NCBI GenBank assembly: GCA_001796935.1
Contig: MGNX01000103.1
Span: 1,420 to 39,792 of the forward strand
Origin: Chloroflexi bacterium RBG_16_60_22
Lineage (GTDB): Bacteria; Chloroflexota; Dehalococcoidia; Dehalococcoidales; RBG-16-60-22
DNA: 38,373 nucleotides
Direction of reading: 5' to 3'
This document shows positions 29,472-38,373 of this stretch, one piece after another. The position numbers and the translations under genes were made by a program. Below the pieces are notes generated by a model. The model had not been told where the DNA came from, ran no database searches, and worked only from the letters and a program-made list of their open reading frames with translations. The number at the start of each line of letters is the position of its first letter. Positions within the stretch are counted from its first letter, which is position 1.

Positions 29472-30233
29472 CTATAAACCGGACGCACCATCCACAATCA
29501 GGTTTATCCCGCTGGTCATCGAGGCTTCATCGGAGGCCAGGTACAAAGCGGCGAGGGCTATTTCTTCCGGTTTAACCAGGCGTTGCCCCAGGGGGATACG
29601 GCTTACCATGGTTTTCAACCATTCCGCCATAGCGGGGTCTTGCTTGACGTATTTAACCATGGCCGTGTCCGTTAGCGATGGGCTGACGCAGTTGACCCGG
29701 ATATTGTCCGGGGCCAGCTCGACAGCCAGCACCCTGGTCAGCGCAATAACCGCGCCCTTGGAACTTATGTAACAGGACATTCCCGGGGTGGGGTTGTTGA
29801 CGGAGTTGGAGGCGGTATTGATAATGACGCCGCCCCCTGTCTTTCTCATCTCGGGCGCCGCATATTTCACGGAGAAAAAGATGCTCTTGACATCCACGGC
29901 ATAGAGGTAGTCCCAGGCGGCTTCCTCCATCGCCTCGCATAAACTCAAGCCTTCCACGGTGCCGGCGTTGTTGAAAAATATGTCAACTTTGCCGAATTTT
30001 TCCATGGTTGCCTTCACCAGGTTTTTCACCTCGGGGGCTTTAGAGACATCGGTATGAATAAAAATGGCTTCACCACCGTCCGCCCTGATGGCATCCACCG
30101 TCTCTTTACCGCCAGCGTCATTCATATCGGCGACGGCTACCCTGGCTCCCTCCCTGGCAAAGACATATGCCGAAGCTCTGCCTATTCCGGAGCCGGCCCC
30201 GGTAATTACCGCTACTTTATTGGCTAATCTCAT
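29472..30233 (-). CDS. SDR family NAD(P)-dependent oxidoreductase
   Basis: 253-aa ORF. TGAGSGIG, NNAG and the YISSK catalytic motif. Substrate not inferable. Confidence 0.88.
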   Translation of the reverse strand: MRLANKVAVITGAGSGIGRASAYVFAREGARVAVADMNDAGGKETVDAIRADGGEAIFIHTDVSKAPEVKNLVKATMEKFGKVDIFFNNAGTVEGLSLCEAMEEAAWDYLYAVDVKSIFFSVKYAAPEMRKTGGGVIINTASNSVNNPTPGMSCYISSKGAVIALTRVLAVELAPDNIRVNCVSPSLTDTAMVKYVKQDPAMAEWLKTMVSRIPLGQRLVKPEEIALAALYLASDEASMTSGINLIVDGASGL

Positions 30234-30262
30234 CCTATCTCCTCATCGAACGGCATTTCAAT

Positions 30263-30287
30263 AAAAAAATCCGGGTTTAAGCCCCGG
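30263..30287 (-). terminator. Candidate rho-independent terminator after the 30305..30967 CDS
   Basis: Minus strand: CCGGG-7 nt loop-CCCGG followed by T7 (A-run 30263-30269 on the plus strand). The stem is only 5 bp. Confidence 0.4.
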
Positions 30288-30304
30288 GACGGTTATGAAC
30301 CGGG

Positions 30305-30967
30305 CTACCTTCTGATGGCGGGAAGCTCGCGGGCCAGCCTGATGCTGGGGGCTTCAATCTGCGTCCGGGCGATGTTTCTCAGCTCGGTGATGGTATCCCG
30401 GAAGTTCTCCACGAAGACGTTGTATTCCACGGCGAACTTGTTGTACTGCTCGATGACGTCCGGCGGGACCTGGTACCGGCCGACGATTTCGCAGAACTGC
30501 TCGGTGAACTCAAAGTAGTGGGTGTTGATGGACCACAGCTCGTTGAGGTGGGAGTGCAGGAAAAGGGTAAAGCGCCGGCCCCGCAGGTCGCTCTCCACCC
30601 GGGTGGCGAAGCTGTCCGTCCAGGTATCGAAGATGCGCTGCGACATGCTGCAGGCGCGCGCCCAGTCCCAGACCTTGGGGTCTTCCACGCTGAAAAGGCC
30701 GTCGATGGCGGCGAAGATGGACACCGAGGAGTTCCCCATGAAACGGCGGTTGAAATGAGTGGTCAGCTGCGCCAGCCGCAGCGACTGCCTTTCCAGTTCG
30801 TTCTTGCGGGCACCGATGATGGTCACCGCCAGCCCGATGAAGAGGAGGATGACCAGCGCCGGGACGATAACCGTGAAAGGTACGATATCGTAGAATATCA
30901 GGCTGACCACCGCGACGGCGGTGATGAGTGTCGGGTACCAGCCACGGCTTACCAGCGTTTTGAACAT
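30305..30967 (-). CDS. Hypothetical membrane protein (two N-terminal TM helices plus a ~150-aa soluble domain)
   Basis: 220-aa ORF with GC3-rich codon usage. TM helices YPTLITAVAVVSLIFYDIV and FTVIVPALVILLFIGLAVTII. No family recognised. Confidence 0.7.
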   Translation of the reverse strand: MFKTLVSRGWYPTLITAVAVVSLIFYDIVPFTVIVPALVILLFIGLAVTIIGARKNELERQSLRLAQLTTHFNRRFMGNSSVSIFAAIDGLFSVEDPKVWDWARACSMSQRIFDTWTDSFATRVESDLRGRRFTLFLHSHLNELWSINTHYFEFTEQFCEIVGRYQVPPDVIEQYNKFAVEYNVFVENFRDTITELRNIARTQIEAPSIRLARELPAIRR

Positions 30968-30980
30968 GGTGCCTCCAAAC

Positions 30981-31922
30981 TTACGGGTAGTTGGCCAGCG
31001 GTATCTCCAGCCCGCCGAGGATGTCCACCAGCAGCGCTTTCTGGGCGTGGAGTCGGTTCTCGGCCTGGTTGAAAACGACCGACTGCGGGCGGTAGAGGAT
31101 GTTTTCCGCTACCTCCTCACCATGGTGGGCGGGGAGGGGGTGCATGAAGACGGCATCCGGCCGGGCCAGGGAAAGCAGTTCGTCATTAACCTGGTAGTTG
31201 GAAAAGACGCGGCGCCGCTGCTCCGCCTCCGCCTCCTGACCCATGCTCGCCCAGACATCGGTATAGACGACGTCGGCACCCGCTACGGCCCGGCGCGGGT
31301 CTGGAGTGCAGAGTATTTCCGAGCCGCTCTCCGCCGCAAAGCCGCGGGCGACCTGTAGTATATTATCCTTGACCTCATAGCCGGCGGGAGAGGCGATGCG
31401 GAAGTTCATCCCGCAGAGGGCTGCCCCCAGCATCAGGCTGTGGGCCACGTTATTGCCGTCGCCGACAAAGGCCAGCGTGATACCCTCCAGCGTTTCCCTT
31501 GTCTCGTAAACGGTCAGGAGGTCGGCCAGGGCCTGGCAGGGGTGCTCGAGGTCGGACAGGGCGTTTATCACCGGTACGGAGGCATGGGTGGCCAGCGTCT
31601 CCACCGTGGCGTGGGAGAAGGTGCGGGCAGCGATGGCATCGGCGTAGCGGCTGAGCACCATGGCGGCGTCCGGGACCGATTCCCGTCTTCCCAGGCCGAC
31701 CTCTTCCGGGGAGAGGTAAAGGCAGTATCCCCCGAGCTGCCGCATGGCCACCTCGAAGCTGACCCTGGTCCGCAGCGACGGCTTTTCAAACATCAATACC
31801 AGGATTTTCTCGCTGAGGAGGGTATTCCAGCCCTCGGCCTTCAACGCCGCGGCATTGGAAACGAGCAATTTCAGGCGCTCGGGGGTGAGGTCGGCGATGG
31901 AAAGAAAGTCCTTGCTCTTCAA
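30981..31922 (-). CDS. argF: Ornithine carbamoyltransferase
   Basis: Conserved SLRTRVSFE, HPCQALAD and HPLPAHHGEE motifs. Preferred start is TTG at 31922 (MKSKDFLSIADL...), 5 nt after GGGAGG. The track start at 31976 adds 18 atypical residues. Confidence 0.9.
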   Translation of the reverse strand: MKSKDFLSIADLTPERLKLLVSNAAALKAEGWNTLLSEKILVLMFEKPSLRTRVSFEVAMRQLGGYCLYLSPEEVGLGRRESVPDAAMVLSRYADAIAARTFSHATVETLATHASVPVINALSDLEHPCQALADLLTVYETRETLEGITLAFVGDGNNVAHSLMLGAALCGMNFRIASPAGYEVKDNILQVARGFAAESGSEILCTPDPRRAVAGADVVYTDVWASMGQEAEAEQRRRVFSNYQVNDELLSLARPDAVFMHPLPAHHGEEVAENILYRPQSVVFNQAENRLHAQKALLVDILGGLEIPLANYP

Positions 31923-32014
31923 GTCAACCTCCCGTATGCAGACAGTACAGTATATCATGAAAACCGGGATTTTCAATAGAGGGTCGGAGGGGGGCTATCG
32001 CGTGATAATAATAC

Positions 32015-32044
32015 TTGACACCGAATGGAACTCTTATCTAATAT
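32015..32044 (+). promoter_or_regulatory. Sigma-70-type promoter candidate (TTGACA-18 nt-TAATAT)
   Basis: TTGACA at 32015-32020 and TAATAT at 32039-32044. An AGGAGG RBS follows before the ATG at 32066. Confidence 0.5.
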
Positions 32045-32065
32045 GCTGGTAGTCAGGAGGTAATT

Positions 32066-32317
32066 ATGGCCGAAAAAGAGAGCTTTAAGGTATCGGGCGG
32101 GCAGGTCCTGGACAAGGTGAAGCAGCTGATACGAGCCGGTAATGTCCGGCGGGTGCGTCTGGTGCATAACGGCCGGACGATAATCGAGATACCCCTGTCC
32201 ATCGGCGCCCCGGTGGCAGTGGCGGGCATCCTGGCGGCACCCTTGCTGGCGGCTATCGGGGCTTTTGCGGCGCTGGTGACCGAGTGCACCATCGAGGTCG
32301 AGAAGGTCGAGAAATAG
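32066..32317 (+). CDS. DUF4342 domain-containing small protein
   Basis: 83-aa ORF. FKVSGGQVLDKVKQLIRAGNVRRVRL...IEIPLSIGAPVAVAGILAAPLLAAIGAFAALVTECTIEV, which matches my recollection of DUF4342. Confidence 0.7.
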   Translation: MAEKESFKVSGGQVLDKVKQLIRAGNVRRVRLVHNGRTIIEIPLSIGAPVAVAGILAAPLLAAIGAFAALVTECTIEVEKVEK

Positions 32318-32334
32318 CCGGTGGCCTTGCCATA

Positions 32335-32970
32335 ATGCTGGAAATCATTATAGCCAGGCACGGCGAGACCGACTGGAATGCCTCCGAGACGTTCCGGGGC
32401 CGGGCGGACGTGGCTTTGAACGAGACCGGAGAGAGGCAGGCGGCACGGCTGGGAGAGTACCTGGCCGGTGAGAAGATAGACTTCATCTACTCCAGCCCGT
32501 TGCAGCGAGCGGTGAAGACCGCGCAGGCGATTGCCGCGCCCCAGAATCTCGAGGTAAACGTTGTCTCCAACCTGGTGGATATCGACTACGGCGAATGGCA
32601 GGGGATGTCCCGCCGGGAGGTGGAGGAGAAGTACCCGGAGCCCTACCGGGACTGGCTTGACCTCCCCGAGCAGGTGAGAATACCGGGCGGGGAGAGCCTG
32701 GAAGACGTGAGGAGCCGTGTCTGGCCTTTCGTAGAGGACGCGGTGATGCTCTGCGGGGAGGGGAGGCTGGTGCTGGTGGCGCACCGGGTGGTGAATAAGG
32801 TGCTCATCTGTGCCCTCCTCGGCCTGGACAACTCCCATTTCTGGAACGTCCGGCAGGATACCGGCGCCCTGACGCGCTTCAGCCTGGAGGGAGGCCGGCT
32901 GGTGCTGACATCGCACAATGACACCTCCTATTTAACAACGCTGAAGGCCGCCCGGCCGGGCGATTTTTGA
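32335..32970 (+). CDS. Histidine phosphatase family protein (phosphoglycerate mutase-like)
   Basis: Start at ATG 32335 (MLEIIIARHGETDWN, the RHG motif), with ...LVAHRVVNKV downstream. The track start at 32284 overlaps the previous gene. Confidence 0.85.
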   Translation: MLEIIIARHGETDWNASETFRGRADVALNETGERQAARLGEYLAGEKIDFIYSSPLQRAVKTAQAIAAPQNLEVNVVSNLVDIDYGEWQGMSRREVEEKYPEPYRDWLDLPEQVRIPGGESLEDVRSRVWPFVEDAVMLCGEGRLVLVAHRVVNKVLICALLGLDNSHFWNVRQDTGALTRFSLEGGRLVLTSHNDTSYLTTLKAARPGDF

Positions 32971-32988
32971 TTTTTAACGTTGCTCCCT

Positions 32989-33016
32989 TTACAGAGAAGC
33001 GAAAGCGGGTTACAAT
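32989..33016 (+). promoter_or_regulatory. Weak promoter candidate (TTACAG-16 nt-TACAAT)
   Basis: Hexamers at 32989-32994 and 33011-33016, upstream of the 33052 CDS. Confidence 0.3.
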
Positions 33017-33051
33017 GCGTATAGCAATTTTAAAAAGGGGGGTGGCCTCCG

Positions 33052-33339
33052 GTGAGCATTGAATGGTTCAGCGACCTGGTGATAAGTATTTTCGGGATTG
33101 GAGCCGGGCTCGCCATTATCGTTATCGCGGTGCTGGCGTTCCTGATGTATCGCCGCATCAAGCCAATACTCGATTCGGTCAGGACGGCCGCCAGGTCGGT
33201 GGAGAATGTCGCTACGACCGTGGAAACAGAAGTGGCCCGGCCCCTGGCCCAGGTGGCGGCCCTGTTCCACGGTGTGCGGCAGGCCATCAACATGGTGAGT
33301 AGATTTACCGGAAGGAAGGAGGGAGACAAAGATGAGTGA
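33052..33339 (+). CDS. Small membrane protein, DUF948-like
   Basis: 95-aa ORF with a GTG start, an N-terminal TM helix (VISIFGIGAGLAIIVIAVLAFLMY) and a helical tail. Overlaps the next gene by 8 nt. Confidence 0.65.
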   Translation: MSIEWFSDLVISIFGIGAGLAIIVIAVLAFLMYRRIKPILDSVRTAARSVENVATTVETEVARPLAQVAALFHGVRQAINMVSRFTGRKEGDKDE

Positions 33340-33565
33340 CAGAGATACGGGCAGCTTTACCATCGGTTTTATCATCGGCGCTATCGCCGGGGTGGCTCTC
33401 GGCTTCCTCTATGCTCCCAAGGCGGGTAAAGAGACGCGAGCGCTGATAAAAGAGAAGGCGGCGGAAGTCAAGGAAAAAGCCGAGGAAGTGACCGAGAAGG
33501 CCAAAGAGACGGCCCTGGAGGCCGGCAAGAGGGTCCGGGAAAGGCTTACCCCCAAACAGGCCTGA
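33332..33565 (+). CDS. YtxH domain-containing protein
   Basis: 77-aa ORF. GFIIGAIAGVALGFLYAPKAGKETRALIKEKA, the hallmark of YtxH. Confidence 0.75.
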   Translation: MSDRDTGSFTIGFIIGAIAGVALGFLYAPKAGKETRALIKEKAAEVKEKAEEVTEKAKETALEAGKRVRERLTPKQA

Positions 33566-33628
33566 TACCCGGCTTATCCGGCGGTCCCGCCTCCCCGGCT
33601 GATAACTGGCCGGTTAGGTTTGTAATCA

Positions 33629-34729
33629 TTGAAGAATATTCTGGTTAGAAACTGGCGCCTGGTAGGGTTGGGCCTGGGTATTGTCATCATTATCTGGGTG
33701 CTCTATCTGTGGAGGACCTTCTTCCTGCCTTTCGCCATCGGGCTGGTGCTGGCTTACCTCCTGATGCCGGTGGTCTCCTGGCTGGAAAGGAAGCTCCCGC
33801 CCCGGCGGAAATGGCCGGGGTTCCGGCGGGTTGTCTCCGTCCTGATATCCTTCATGCTCCTTATCGCCCTGCTGGGCGGCTTCACTTACATCATCGTCAC
33901 GGCGGTCATCGACGCCTCCCTGGTCCTGGTGCAGGGTGCCCCGTATTTCATCGGCCAGAGCATCTTGAGAGTGCAGCTATGGTTCGAGGGACTGGTGGCC
34001 GACCTGCCCTTGGAGATACAGCAGGAGGTGAACCGGGAGCTCATCGAGGGCGGCGTGTCCCTGGGCCGGGCCATCCGTGATTTTCTGCTGCGTCAGATCG
34101 GGAATATTCCCAGTTCCTTCGGCATGATTCTCGGTTTCGCCGTGCTGCCCTTTTTCCTTTTCTATATCCTCAAGGACTCGGAGAGGCTCAAGGCCGGCCT
34201 GTCTGCGGCGCTTCCCTCCAGAGTGTCCTGGCACGGGCGCAACCTCGCCAATATCGTGGAGAGGGTACTGGGAAGGTACATCAGGGCGCAGCTGATGCTG
34301 GGGGTCATCGTGGCCTATTTCTCCTTCATCGGGCTTTTACTGCTCAAGGTACCCTTTTCGCTGGCCCTGGCCCTGCTGGCAGGGGTGACCGAGCTGATTC
34401 CGACGCTGGGGCCCTGGATTGGCGGGGCGGCGGCGGTCATCGTGGCCCTGGCGATGGCCCCGGATACGGCCATCTGGGTGGCCGTGCTCTTCCTGGGAAT
34501 TCAGCTGGTGGAGAATAACCTGCTGGTGCCTAAAATTCAGAGCGCTTACCTGCATATCCACCCCGCCGTGATGATTGTGCTGCTGGTCTTCGGCGCGTAT
34601 ACCGCCGGTTTCTGGGGACTACTGCTCATCGGCCCGCTGGTGGCAACCCTGGTGGAAATCTTCAAATACGTGCGTGATTATACCTGGGAAAGGGACCGCC
34701 AGCTCACCGAGCCCGAGCACGCCGGCTGA
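33629..34729 (+). CDS. AI-2E family transporter (PerM-like permease)
   Basis: 366-aa polytopic ORF with a TTG start. ...FLFYILKD..., ...ELIPTLGPWIGG..., ...QLVENNLLVPKI..., typical AI-2E blocks. Confidence 0.85.
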   Translation: MKNILVRNWRLVGLGLGIVIIIWVLYLWRTFFLPFAIGLVLAYLLMPVVSWLERKLPPRRKWPGFRRVVSVLISFMLLIALLGGFTYIIVTAVIDASLVLVQGAPYFIGQSILRVQLWFEGLVADLPLEIQQEVNRELIEGGVSLGRAIRDFLLRQIGNIPSSFGMILGFAVLPFFLFYILKDSERLKAGLSAALPSRVSWHGRNLANIVERVLGRYIRAQLMLGVIVAYFSFIGLLLLKVPFSLALALLAGVTELIPTLGPWIGGAAAVIVALAMAPDTAIWVAVLFLGIQLVENNLLVPKIQSAYLHIHPAVMIVLLVFGAYTAGFWGLLLIGPLVATLVEIFKYVRDYTWERDRQLTEPEHAG

Positions 34730-34777
34730 AAGACAGCAGGTTTGCTACCATGGCGGCCCAGCCCCTATAATTGGGTT

Positions 34778-37516
34778 ATGGAAAAGCCGCTGCTGGTGCT
34801 CTTCGACGGCAACGCCATCGTGCACCGTGCCTACCACGCCTTCGGGGCGACCCGCTACCGGCAGGCCACGCCCCTGACCGTGTCCAAGACGGGAGAGGTG
34901 GTCAGCGCCGTTTACGGCTTCGCCCTGATGCTGCTCAAAGTGCTGAGCGACCTTAAACCGACGCACTATGCCATCGCCTTCGATAGGAAGGGCCCTACCT
35001 TCCGGCACAAGCTCTATGATAAGTACAAGGCCCAGCGGCCTCCCACCCCCCCGGAGCTGGTCGGGCAGATAGACCGGGTAAAGCAGCTGGTACAGGCCTT
35101 CCGTATTCCCCTCTTCGAGGTGGATAACTACGAGGCCGACGACGTCCTCGGCACGCTGAGTCGGCAGGCCAGCCAGCAGGAGATTGACACCGTCATCGTC
35201 ACCGGCGACGCCGATACCATGCAGCTCGTCTCGCCGCACGTGAAAGTACTCTATCCCCGCGCGGGCAAAGCCTTCAGCGATACCCAGCTTTTCGACGGGG
35301 CGGCCGTGAGCGAGAAGTACGGCGTGGGGCCGGAGCACATCGCCGACCTCAAGGCGCTGGTAGGCGATGCCTCGGACAACATCCCCGGGGTGCCCGGCAT
35401 CGGCGATAAGACGGCCGTCAAGCTTATCCGGCAGTTCGGTGACCTCGACGGGGTCTATCAGCACCTGGAGGAGGTGACGCCGCCACGGGCGCAGGAGGCA
35501 CTGCGGCAGCACGAGGCCACGGCGCACCGCAGCAAGGAGCTGGCGACCATCGTGACGGAGACGCCGGTGAAGCTCGACCTGGAAGAGTGCCGGGTCAGCC
35601 AGTACGAACGCCGGCAGGTGGCCGACTTTTTCCGTGAGCTGGGGTTCTTCAGCCTGCTCCCCAAGCTGCCGGGAACGGAAGGGGAGTCCACCCCGGAGGG
35701 GGTGACCGCCGGGCCGGCCGAGACCCATTACCGCATCACGGCCAGTACGGAGGACCTTGATGCACTGGTCAATACCCTCGCCGCGGCTAAGTCATTCGCT
35801 TTTGACACCGAGACGACGGGACTGGACCCGATGCTGGCGCAGCCGGTGGGCATATCCCTGGCCACCGGGCCGGGCAACGCGTACTATATACCGATAGGGC
35901 ACGCACTCCTCGACGAGGTGACACAGCTACCCCGGGAGCAGGTCGTCAGCCGCCTCAAGCCCATCTTTGAAGACGCGGGGATTGCCAAGCTGGCCCATAA
36001 CGGCAAGTACGATATGATGGTGCTGGCGGAGTGCGGGATAAACGTAAAGGGGCTGACCTTCGACTCCATGATTGCCGCTTACCTGCTGGGGGAGAAGTCG
36101 CTGGGGCTCAAGGCGCTGTCCTTCAGCAAGCTGGGCATCGAGATGACACCCATCAGCAGCCTCATCGGCACGGGTGCCAGGCAGGTGTCGATGGCTCAGG
36201 TTGACATAAAGAGAGCAGCCGACTACGCCTGCGCCGATGCCGACATGACCTGGCGGCTTTCGGACCTGCTGGGAAAAGAGCTGGAAAAGCAGGGGTTTAT
36301 GAAGCTCTTTACCGGGGTGGAGATGCCGCTGGTGCCGGTACTGCTGCTCATGGAGAGGAACGGCGTGGCCGTGGACACGGGGATGCTCAAGGAGATGTCC
36401 CGTAATCTCGGGGAGCAGATTACAGTGCTGGAGGGGAAAATTTACGAAGAGTCCAAGCACGAGTTTAATATCAACTCTCCGGCGCAGCTCGGGAAGGTGC
36501 TCTTCGACGAGATGCAGCTGCCCACGTCGCGCCGCGGCAAGAGCAAGTACTCCACGGAGGCGGCGGTGCTGGAGGAGCTGCGCCTGAATCATGACATCGC
36601 CAAATATATCCTGGAGTACCGCCAGCTCGCCAAGATAAAATCGACCTACATCGATACGCTGCCGGCGCTGGTAAATCCGAAAACGGGGAGGATTCATACC
36701 AGCTTCAACCAGACGCGGGCCGTTACCGGGCGGCTTTCCTCCAGCGACCCCAATATGCAGAACATCCCGGTGCGCGGCGAGCTGGGGGGGCAGGTCAGGC
36801 AGGCCTTCATCGCGCCCGGGGGCACGAGCCTTTTCGGGGGGGACTACTCGCAGATAGACCTGCGGGTGCTGGCCCACCTGTCCGGGGACGAGCACCTGGT
36901 GCGGGCCTTCAAGTACGACGAGGATATCCACGCCGCCACCGCGGCCCTGCTGTTCGGGGTGGAAAAATCGAAAGTTACGCCGGACATGAGGCGGTTCGCC
37001 AAGACGGTCAACTTCGGCGTTATCTACGGCATGAGCGACTACGGCCTGGAGCAGGCCACCGAGCTCTCCCGCGAGGACGCGGGCAAGTTCATCCGGGCCT
37101 ACTTCGAGAAGTACCCGGGTGTGAGGAAGTACCTTGACGAAACCAAGGAAAAGGCGCGCCGTGAGGGCTACGTGCAGACGCTGCTGGGCCGGCGGCGGTT
37201 CATCCCGGATATCAACGCCGCCAACCGCCAGGTGAGGGAGGGCGCCGAGCGCATGGCCATCAACATGCCGGTACAGGGTACCTCGGCGGACATCATCAAG
37301 GTGGCGATGATAAACCTGTACCGTGAGATGGAGAAGAAAAAGCTGAAGAGCAAGATGCTGCTCCAGGTGCACGACGAGCTCCTCTTCGAGGTGCCCGGAG
37401 AAGAGCTGGCCACCATGCGTAAGCTCGTGCCGGAGGTGATGTCCACGGCGGTGGAACTGAGCGTCCCGGTGAAGGTGGATACTAAAGAAGGCAAGAACTG
37501 GGGAGAGATGAAGTAA
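34778..37516 (+). CDS. polA: DNA polymerase I
   Basis: Start at ATG 34778 (MEKPLLVLFDGNAIVHRAYHAF). 5'-nuclease domain, 3'-5' exonuclease-like region (FAFDTETTGLDP) and polymerase motifs (DYSQIDLRVLAH, RRFAKTVNFGVIYG, LQVHDELLFE). Confidence 0.96.
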   Translation: MEKPLLVLFDGNAIVHRAYHAFGATRYRQATPLTVSKTGEVVSAVYGFALMLLKVLSDLKPTHYAIAFDRKGPTFRHKLYDKYKAQRPPTPPELVGQIDRVKQLVQAFRIPLFEVDNYEADDVLGTLSRQASQQEIDTVIVTGDADTMQLVSPHVKVLYPRAGKAFSDTQLFDGAAVSEKYGVGPEHIADLKALVGDASDNIPGVPGIGDKTAVKLIRQFGDLDGVYQHLEEVTPPRAQEALRQHEATAHRSKELATIVTETPVKLDLEECRVSQYERRQVADFFRELGFFSLLPKLPGTEGESTPEGVTAGPAETHYRITASTEDLDALVNTLAAAKSFAFDTETTGLDPMLAQPVGISLATGPGNAYYIPIGHALLDEVTQLPREQVVSRLKPIFEDAGIAKLAHNGKYDMMVLAECGINVKGLTFDSMIAAYLLGEKSLGLKALSFSKLGIEMTPISSLIGTGARQVSMAQVDIKRAADYACADADMTWRLSDLLGKELEKQGFMKLFTGVEMPLVPVLLLMERNGVAVDTGMLKEMSRNLGEQITVLEGKIYEESKHEFNINSPAQLGKVLFDEMQLPTSRRGKSKYSTEAAVLEELRLNHDIAKYILEYRQLAKIKSTYIDTLPALVNPKTGRIHTSFNQTRAVTGRLSSSDPNMQNIPVRGELGGQVRQAFIAPGGTSLFGGDYSQIDLRVLAHLSGDEHLVRAFKYDEDIHAATAALLFGVEKSKVTPDMRRFAKTVNFGVIYGMSDYGLEQATELSREDAGKFIRAYFEKYPGVRKYLDETKEKARREGYVQTLLGRRRFIPDINAANRQVREGAERMAINMPVQGTSADIIKVAMINLYREMEKKKLKSKMLLQVHDELLFEVPGEELATMRKLVPEVMSTAVELSVPVKVDTKEGKNWGEMK

Positions 37517-37518
37517 CC

Positions 37519-38328
37519 ATGCCGGAACTGCCTGAAGTAGAAACGATTAAGAACGAGCTGCTGCCCCACGTCCTGGGGCGGGAAATTACCGGGGTGGAGC
37601 TGTCCTGGGACCGGATAGTGCGGCAGCCCACGGTCGCGGAGTTCCGCCGCCGGGTGGTGGGGCAGAGAATAACGGGGCTGTCCCGGCGCGGCAAGTACCT
37701 GTTTTTTCACCTGAGCGGCGGCGCGGTGCTGGTCATGCACATGAAGATGACCGGCTCGCTGCTGGTGAACCCCGCCAACGGCCGTTTTACCCGGGCGATT
37801 TTCCACCTGGACAACGGGTCGGCGCTGCATTTCTGGGACCCGCGCAAGTTCGGGGTGATGTGGCTGGCGACGGACGAGAGCGCCGTGGTGGCCAAGCTGG
37901 GGCCGGAGCCGCTGGACGAGGACTTCACGCCGGAGGTGCTGGCGGGGATTCTGGGCCGCCGGACGGCGCCGGTCAAGCCGGTCATCATCGACCAGGCCAT
38001 CATCGCCGGCATCGGCAACATGTACGCCGACGAGGCGCTCTTCGAGGCCAGGCTCCATCCCCTGCGCCCGGCGAACAGCCTGAGCCAGGCGGAGATTGAG
38101 CGACTCTACCACGCTATCCGGAAGGTGCTACTCAAGGCTCTGGCCAGCAAGGGGGCCAGCGTGCGGAACTACATCCGCCCGGACGGCCGGCCGGGCACCG
38201 CCCACGACGATTTCAACGTCGCCCACGGGGTCGGTAAAAACTGCCCCGGCTGCGGCGGGCCCATCCAGCGCATCGTGGTGCGGGGTCGGGGCACCTACCT
38301 GTGTCCTAAATGCCAGCCGGAACCCTAG
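37519..38328 (+). CDS. mutM: Formamidopyrimidine-DNA glycosylase
   Basis: 269-aa ORF. MPELPEVETI, H2TH region and C-terminal zinc finger CPGCGGPIQRIVVRGRGTYLCPKC. 2 nt after the polA stop. Confidence 0.94.
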   Translation: MPELPEVETIKNELLPHVLGREITGVELSWDRIVRQPTVAEFRRRVVGQRITGLSRRGKYLFFHLSGGAVLVMHMKMTGSLLVNPANGRFTRAIFHLDNGSALHFWDPRKFGVMWLATDESAVVAKLGPEPLDEDFTPEVLAGILGRRTAPVKPVIIDQAIIAGIGNMYADEALFEARLHPLRPANSLSQAEIERLYHAIRKVLLKALASKGASVRNYIRPDGRPGTAHDDFNVAHGVGKNCPGCGGPIQRIVVRGRGTYLCPKCQPEP

Positions 38329-38373
38329 TCGTCCCAGAGGCGGAAGGGCGGATAGGCGTCCGTCATCAGGGTC
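38325..38373 (-). CDS. Partial CDS (C-terminal 15 codons only), unidentified
   Basis: The minus-strand frame ...TLMTDAYPPFRLWDD-stop is open to the window edge. Its TAG overlaps the mutM TAG (CTAG). Too short to identify. Confidence 0.25.
   Translation of the reverse strand, partial: TLMTDAYPPFRLWDD

Overview
High-GC (~60%+) bacterial chromosomal segment, densely packed with core housekeeping genes on both strands. Phylum cannot be called from the sequence alone; a Chloroflexota-like MAG is only a guess. CDS coordinates include the stop codon.

Gene order:
- Partial PPC/DUF296 CDS, ruvA, ruvC, yebC, a hypothetical membrane protein and a RimI-like GNAT.
- An ECF sigma / DUF5667 anti-sigma / SIMPL lipoprotein module.
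- queH, ruvB, rpoC and rpoB, followed by an AT-rich promoter island.
- nfeD, ychF, a small HEAT-like protein, holA, a ROK glucokinase and galU.
- A cluster of palindromic repeats, then alaS, ruvX and dnaJ.
- gpsA, plsY, der, an SDR, a hypothetical 2-TM protein and argF.
- DUF4342, a histidine phosphatase, DUF948-like, YtxH and an AI-2E permease.
- polA and mutM, then a short unidentified CDS tail.

I see no rRNA, tRNA, CRISPR array, transposase, integrase or recognisable defence or toxin module. I do not claim a new multi-gene system here.

The outstanding anomaly is a base-perfect 1,207-bp head-to-tail tandem duplication inside the essential alaS gene. Its length is not a multiple of 3, so it breaks the gene into two overlapping ORFs. 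Deleting one copy restores a clean 872-codon AlaRS.

Secondary observations:
- Four short palindromic elements in a nested inverted arrangement lie just upstream of alaS.
- The Walker-A-containing N-terminus of ruvB has no ATG/GTG/TTG start.
- The RimI-like GNAT carries an Arg/Pro-rich insertion.
- Two uncharacterised membrane proteins are present.
- An AT-rich island upstream of rpoB carries a near-consensus promoter.

The many long ORFs antisense to real genes are GC-bias shadows.
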